Part shown: piece after piece, positions 58,901 through 64,000 of the stretch | Position numbering within the stretch: position 1 is the first letter of the stretch | How the letters are laid out: each line of letters opens with the position of its first letter | Assembly (NCBI RefSeq): GCF_009914755.1 | Contig: NC_060945.1 | Origin: the human T2T-CHM13v2.0 reference genome, Homo sapiens | Direction: 5' to 3' (one strand) | Length of the DNA stretch: 64,000 bases | Program-made: the position numbers and the translations under genes | The notes under the pieces: model-generated | Told to the model about the DNA's origin: nothing | Seen by the model: only the letters and a program-made list of their open reading frames with translations | The model's database searches: none

Positions 58901-60380
58901 CCATTATTATTAAGAGTGTTAATAATAATTACTACAGCAATCTTTTCTAGACAAGGGAAAGTGAAGCAACTAATTAACTCTCAAGGAAAAAAAGGTTTTT
59001 TTTCACTGCTAAAGACTATTAACTCTGACATGAGTTTTAGAATAGTTTTGCTTTCTCTCTCTTTGCCTATATTTTCTTTATTTTTTATTCTAATGTTTTC
59101 AATTTACTCAAGGATTTTGGTACTAGATGGTGGTTCTGGTAGGCTGATCAAAGTTCATACCACAGGCAGTTAATTTTACCCAGATGGCTCCTGGTTCCTT
59201 TCTTTTTTAAATAAATCATATCCACTGCCGAGGTTGATATGAGGACTTCTGTCCATTGGCAAGTAGCATTGTAGCCACAATCTCTTATTAAAGCTTGAAA
59301 CAAAATGGTGATTACTAGTGTTTATGGCCAAATTTTGTTCATGCCTGCCCACTGAATTTGTTTGGATACCAGGAAATTACGGACTGTGTGATTCAAATTA
59401 GGATAAGAGATTAAACCCTGGGAGCCATTCTTTAGCAAAGACTGTGCTGTTAAAAAAAATGGAAAATATCCTTTTAACCAAGTCAGTGAAATTAGCTTAG
59501 TCATGAGGATTGCAAGTGAGCTTTCTGAACTTGAGATGTAAACACAGTGCCAAAAAATTTCATCAGGAGACTGGGGAGAGATGCTGATTCTTATTTTGTG
59601 AGAGATTTGTAATGCTAACTTAATCTTCTGACTGAACCCCTTAATTTCCCATTTTTAACTATTCTAGATGCTTGTCTCAGGAAATGGAAGAAGAAGTCTC
59701 CTCAATGTTACCAGAGACATGCCATGTCATTTCTATCTTCTCGATACAACTACTTAGTTCCTTTTTTCTTTCATTTTTGCATAATTTCCATAGCAACATG
59801 TACATGGTGACTACATTACATCAATCAGCACCTCCACTCCTGGTCCCAGTTTTTTCTTTGCTAATCCTCACTGCTGACTTTTGTTGTTGTGGTTTCATTA
59901 TCATTTCACAAGGTAACTACTGTCACCTTGGAAATGAATTGCGTGGTCAAAGCCCTTTAATACACAAAATATGTAAAATCTCCTCTTATGCGTATTATAC
60001 ATGAAAGAAGGTAAGACCATCAGTTAGTTGTGTCTCCTCTGTAGAAATAGCCAGAGCACCAGGACAGCTGCATCCTCTTTCATAGAAGTAGGAGAGCAGA
60101 TGCTGAGGCAGGACACAATAGTTCTTCAGCCTGTGTTTTCTCCACTTGCATCCTAGAGCACTTGTTGAACTCTCTCTTAGGTAAATGGTAATATTTTCTG
60201 AAGGCACTAAGGGAATTTTTACCATGAGGGTAAATACCAATTAGCTATTATCTCCTCTTAGTAGGAGTGTAGCACAAAGAACTTCTGATTGATTGCTTTT
60301 CAGGGGCAGGGATAATTTGTTTGTTTGCTTGTTTATATAATTATTTATGATTTTAGTCAGATTGCATTCTAAGACTTTAG

Positions 60381-60703
<323 letters not shown>

Positions 60704-61334
60704 AACATTTTCCTATTTAAGCTTTGCCACTGAAAATTTTCTGTCTTTAAGTCCCACATAACAACTGCAGCCTGTAACATCTTGCTGACTGGCTTGACAG
60801 AGGATGGCCAATTTTTGTGTTTAGGCTCAGATGTGCAGTGCTGGGTTCTCAAATTGTGTCCCAGCCTGGGACAGTGTGGCTTTAATAACATCCTCATTAT
60901 CCATCCTTTATACAAAAAAACCTTATATCTGTATGCAAAGCCATGGGCTCTTAAGATTTTGAGTGCATCATACACGCTACAGGCAGCAGATATATGAAGG
61001 ATGTGCTTTCAGGCCAATCCCTGCCTAGTGTAGGCCCAGGTGGTATAATGCCTCATAACAGACCACATTCCCTGGGCAAAGACATTGTGAATGGTGGGAT
61101 TAGTACCCTCCTGTGACATGTGACATCCTCCTTTGACCTACTCATTATGATTTGGATAGTTCCCCTCAAGTTTGGGCTAGAGTGTCAGTGAGTGGATTAA
61201 CTCAGGACAATTCCAGTTCTTTCTATGTACCTTACTTTCATCATGAGGGATATGAAGAAAACATTAGATCATGTTGGATGCTGTTTGTCTGTTGTTTGGT
61301 TGGTTGGGTTTAACTATAAGAGCAGGTATCTAGT

Positions 61335-61785
61335 CTTCTAATTTTGTAAGGCTGCCATAATAATTTACATCCAAGCTGGTGGCTTAAAACAACAGATATT
61401 TATTCTCTCACAGTTGTAGAAACCAAAAGTCTGGAATCAGTGTCAGAGGACCATGTTCCTTCCAAAAGCCCTAGGGAAAAATTTTAATTCTTCCTTGCCT
61501 CTTCCAGCTTTTGGTGGCTCCAGGCGTTTCTTGGCTGATGGCAGCATAACTCCAGTCTCTACTTTTGTCTTCATATGTCATTATTCCCTACGTTTCTTTG
61601 TATTCTCCTTTTCTGTCTCTTATAAGGACACTCATTGGTGGATTTCGTGCTTATCTCAATCCAGCATGACCTCAAATTAAGATGCTAACCTTAATTACAT
61701 CTACAAAGATTCTTATGCCAAATAAAGTTACATTCTGAGATTCCAGTTGAACATATCTTTGGGGAGCCACTGTTGAACCTACTAT
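61335..61785 (-). mobile_element. MLT1B-like LTR
   Basis: ggctgccataa..ggcttaaaacaacag..cttccttgcctcttccagctt..tataaggacact..ccaaataaagttacattctg. Confidence 0.88.
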
Positions 61786-62194
61786 GCCTAACAGCTCAGG
61801 CCTGTCCCAAGGGCAGATTTAAAAAGAAAGAGAAATTCATTTTGCTTTCTGATTTTGAGATTGTTCCTCTTACCCCTACACTCCATTTTCAACCCCTGAA
61901 CTTTATCAAGAAAGCTCAAAGACAAAATGTGGCCAAGGTTGGCAATAAATACATTTTTGCCAATAATCTGATGGGAAATGTATGTTACTTCTTATAAATC
62001 AAAATAAATTGGATCTGCTGGCAATCTGGTTAACCTGCAATTTAGATTATGACAATGGTGTTCTTATTTTATGCATTTTCACATGCTCCAAATCTCCTTC
62101 TGTATCCCTTTCTAAAATTTTGCTGAGAGTCCATCTTTTCTGACCAAAGGTGATTTGATTCTCCACTAAAGTAGTTATTAAAAATATCTCCTTG

Positions 62195-62594
62195 TAGATA
62201 AAGAAAAAGTGGTTCATGTATACCACTGGAATTCTACACAGCCATAAAAAAGAACAAAATTAGGTTATTTGCAGCAAAATGGATGCATATGGAGGCCATT
62301 ATCCTAAGCAAGATAACATGGAAACAGAACCAAATACTGCATGTTCTCACTTATAAGCAGGAGCAAACTATTGGGTATTCATGGTAATAATGGTGGAAAG
62401 GATAGTCACTGGGGACTACTAGAGGATGGAAAGAGGGTGAGAGGCAAGGGCCAAAAAACTATTTTTTGGGTCTTATGCCCACTACCTCGGTGAAAGATTG
62501 ATTCATACTCCAAACCTCAACATCACTCAATATACCTTTGCAACTAACCTGCATGCATACCCCCAATTCTAAAATAAAAGTTGAAAAAAAAAAA
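62195..62594 (+). mobile_element. L1PA15-17/L1PB 3' end
   Basis: cagccataaaaaagaac..ggccattatcctaagc..ctaaaataaaagttg, followed by poly(A). Confidence 0.9.
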
Positions 62595-64000
62595 GCTTAG
62601 AAAAGAATTGAAGGAAATACAAAAATAAGTTACCATGACTACCTCTTGATGGTGAGTATGGGTAATTTTTGTTGGTTTATATTGACCCCCTATTTAGCAA
62701 AATTCCTGAAATGATCACATTAATGGGAAAATATAGTTTTTCAGTTCCTAGAAAGGTTTGCTTGGTTTGTGTTTAAAAACAAATGATTCAATGGCTCTTT
62801 TCACAGACTTGATGGTGATTTGGGAGAAAATCCAGAAATTGGTGACCTATCATGAGTTCATAATTAGGCGATTATTTCTGATAAACCATTTCAATAGCAT
62901 TAAAATGCTAAGCTGAACTAAGATGTTCATGAAATGTATTCAAATAAACAAACCCAATTTAAATATGATTGTATAAAAATATCTTACTTGAATTGATAAT
63001 ATAAATGCAAAATTTGTGAATGTTTATTTATAGTTCCTGTAATTTGGGGAAATTAAAGTCACTTGGGAACAATGTTTACTTCACTAGCAACCAAAGGAGT
63101 ACAATTGAAAAATAATGACTTGAAAATATAAAAGTTAAAAAGGACTTCATTTCTTTTCACACAGTCTGAAAGAGTGAGTGCACAAGCTTTTCTCTGCCCA
63201 ACTCCTCTTTGTCCACAACGAATTTTCAGAATTCCTCCGTGTCTGTCTTATAATTTCATTCCTTGCTCATCTAAGCAAGTTGGTTCAGAAACCCTAAGAC
63301 TCTTATACCGTCAGTTGGGTTAGTTTAAAATAACCCCTATGAGCAGTTCAACACTGAATTGGCAATGCTTTGGAAAGCAGAGACCCTGTCAGCTAACCAG
63401 CCATCCTTTAAAATCAATTCATATTCTCACAGTCCCTGGGGATTGTTTCACAGAGCTAAAATTTCGCTGTTGGAACAGGGTTGCTTGAAGATAACAGGGA
63501 CACTTGAAGGTAAGGATGTCAATATTTTGCTGTTTCTGAATGTCATTCATTCACAGATGGCTTAAGACATTTCAATTAATTCAAAGATGGCATAAGAAAT
63601 TTGGATTTTCAAACTTTAGTTTTCTCATCTTAGAGTTTGAGGTAATTTTATTTGTCAGCTGCCAGAAAATAAAAAGAACGCGTAAGGTAGCAGACTAATA
63701 TCTACACTGACCTATTGTAAAACCAGAAGGACCCATTTATTCAGCAAGAGACTTCTTTACTGTGTCTAGTTCAGGTTCCCGGAAAGATGGGACAATTCGT
63801 AGTAACACTCATTCCTTCTGCTAAGTGTCATGAGATAGGTTTAGACATACGGTCTCATTTTGATGATGTTTTAAACTTTGTTTATTTTACATAACCTGTG
63901 ATAGAGCCAGTCAATGTAGGGGCCTAAACGTCGGTATAGCCTGTAATTTTGACAGATGCCCAGATTGTGGTATTGAGAAATAGGACAGATGTCCCGAGGG

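Overview
Primate, most likely human or ape, genomic DNA: AT-rich and repeat-dense (AluY/S/J, L1PA4 to L1PA16, THE1/MST/MLT LTRs, Tigger/MER DNA transposons, MIRs). I see no credible protein-coding exon, tRNA/rRNA/snRNA gene or CpG island. The supplied ORFs are Alu-, L1-, LTR- or microsatellite-derived, or chance ORFs, so the window reads as intergenic or deep intronic. I cannot support a novel coding system. The top candidate is a ~2.3 kb non-satellite block (~42,990-45,254). From memory, unverified, it matches an element found as multiple copies inside HSAT2 pericentromeric satellite; here it has intact, satellite-free flanks, so this may be the donor locus. Other points: a CTCF-like motif in an LTR50-like element, a short CpG-retaining GC-box segment (12.6-12.8 kb), a candidate 61-nt exon, two twin-primed 5'-inverted L1s, an Alu with an internal 41-bp triplication, several recent tandem duplications and nested transposon insertions. 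Repeat subfamily names are from recalled consensus sequences and need RepeatMasker/Dfam confirmation.
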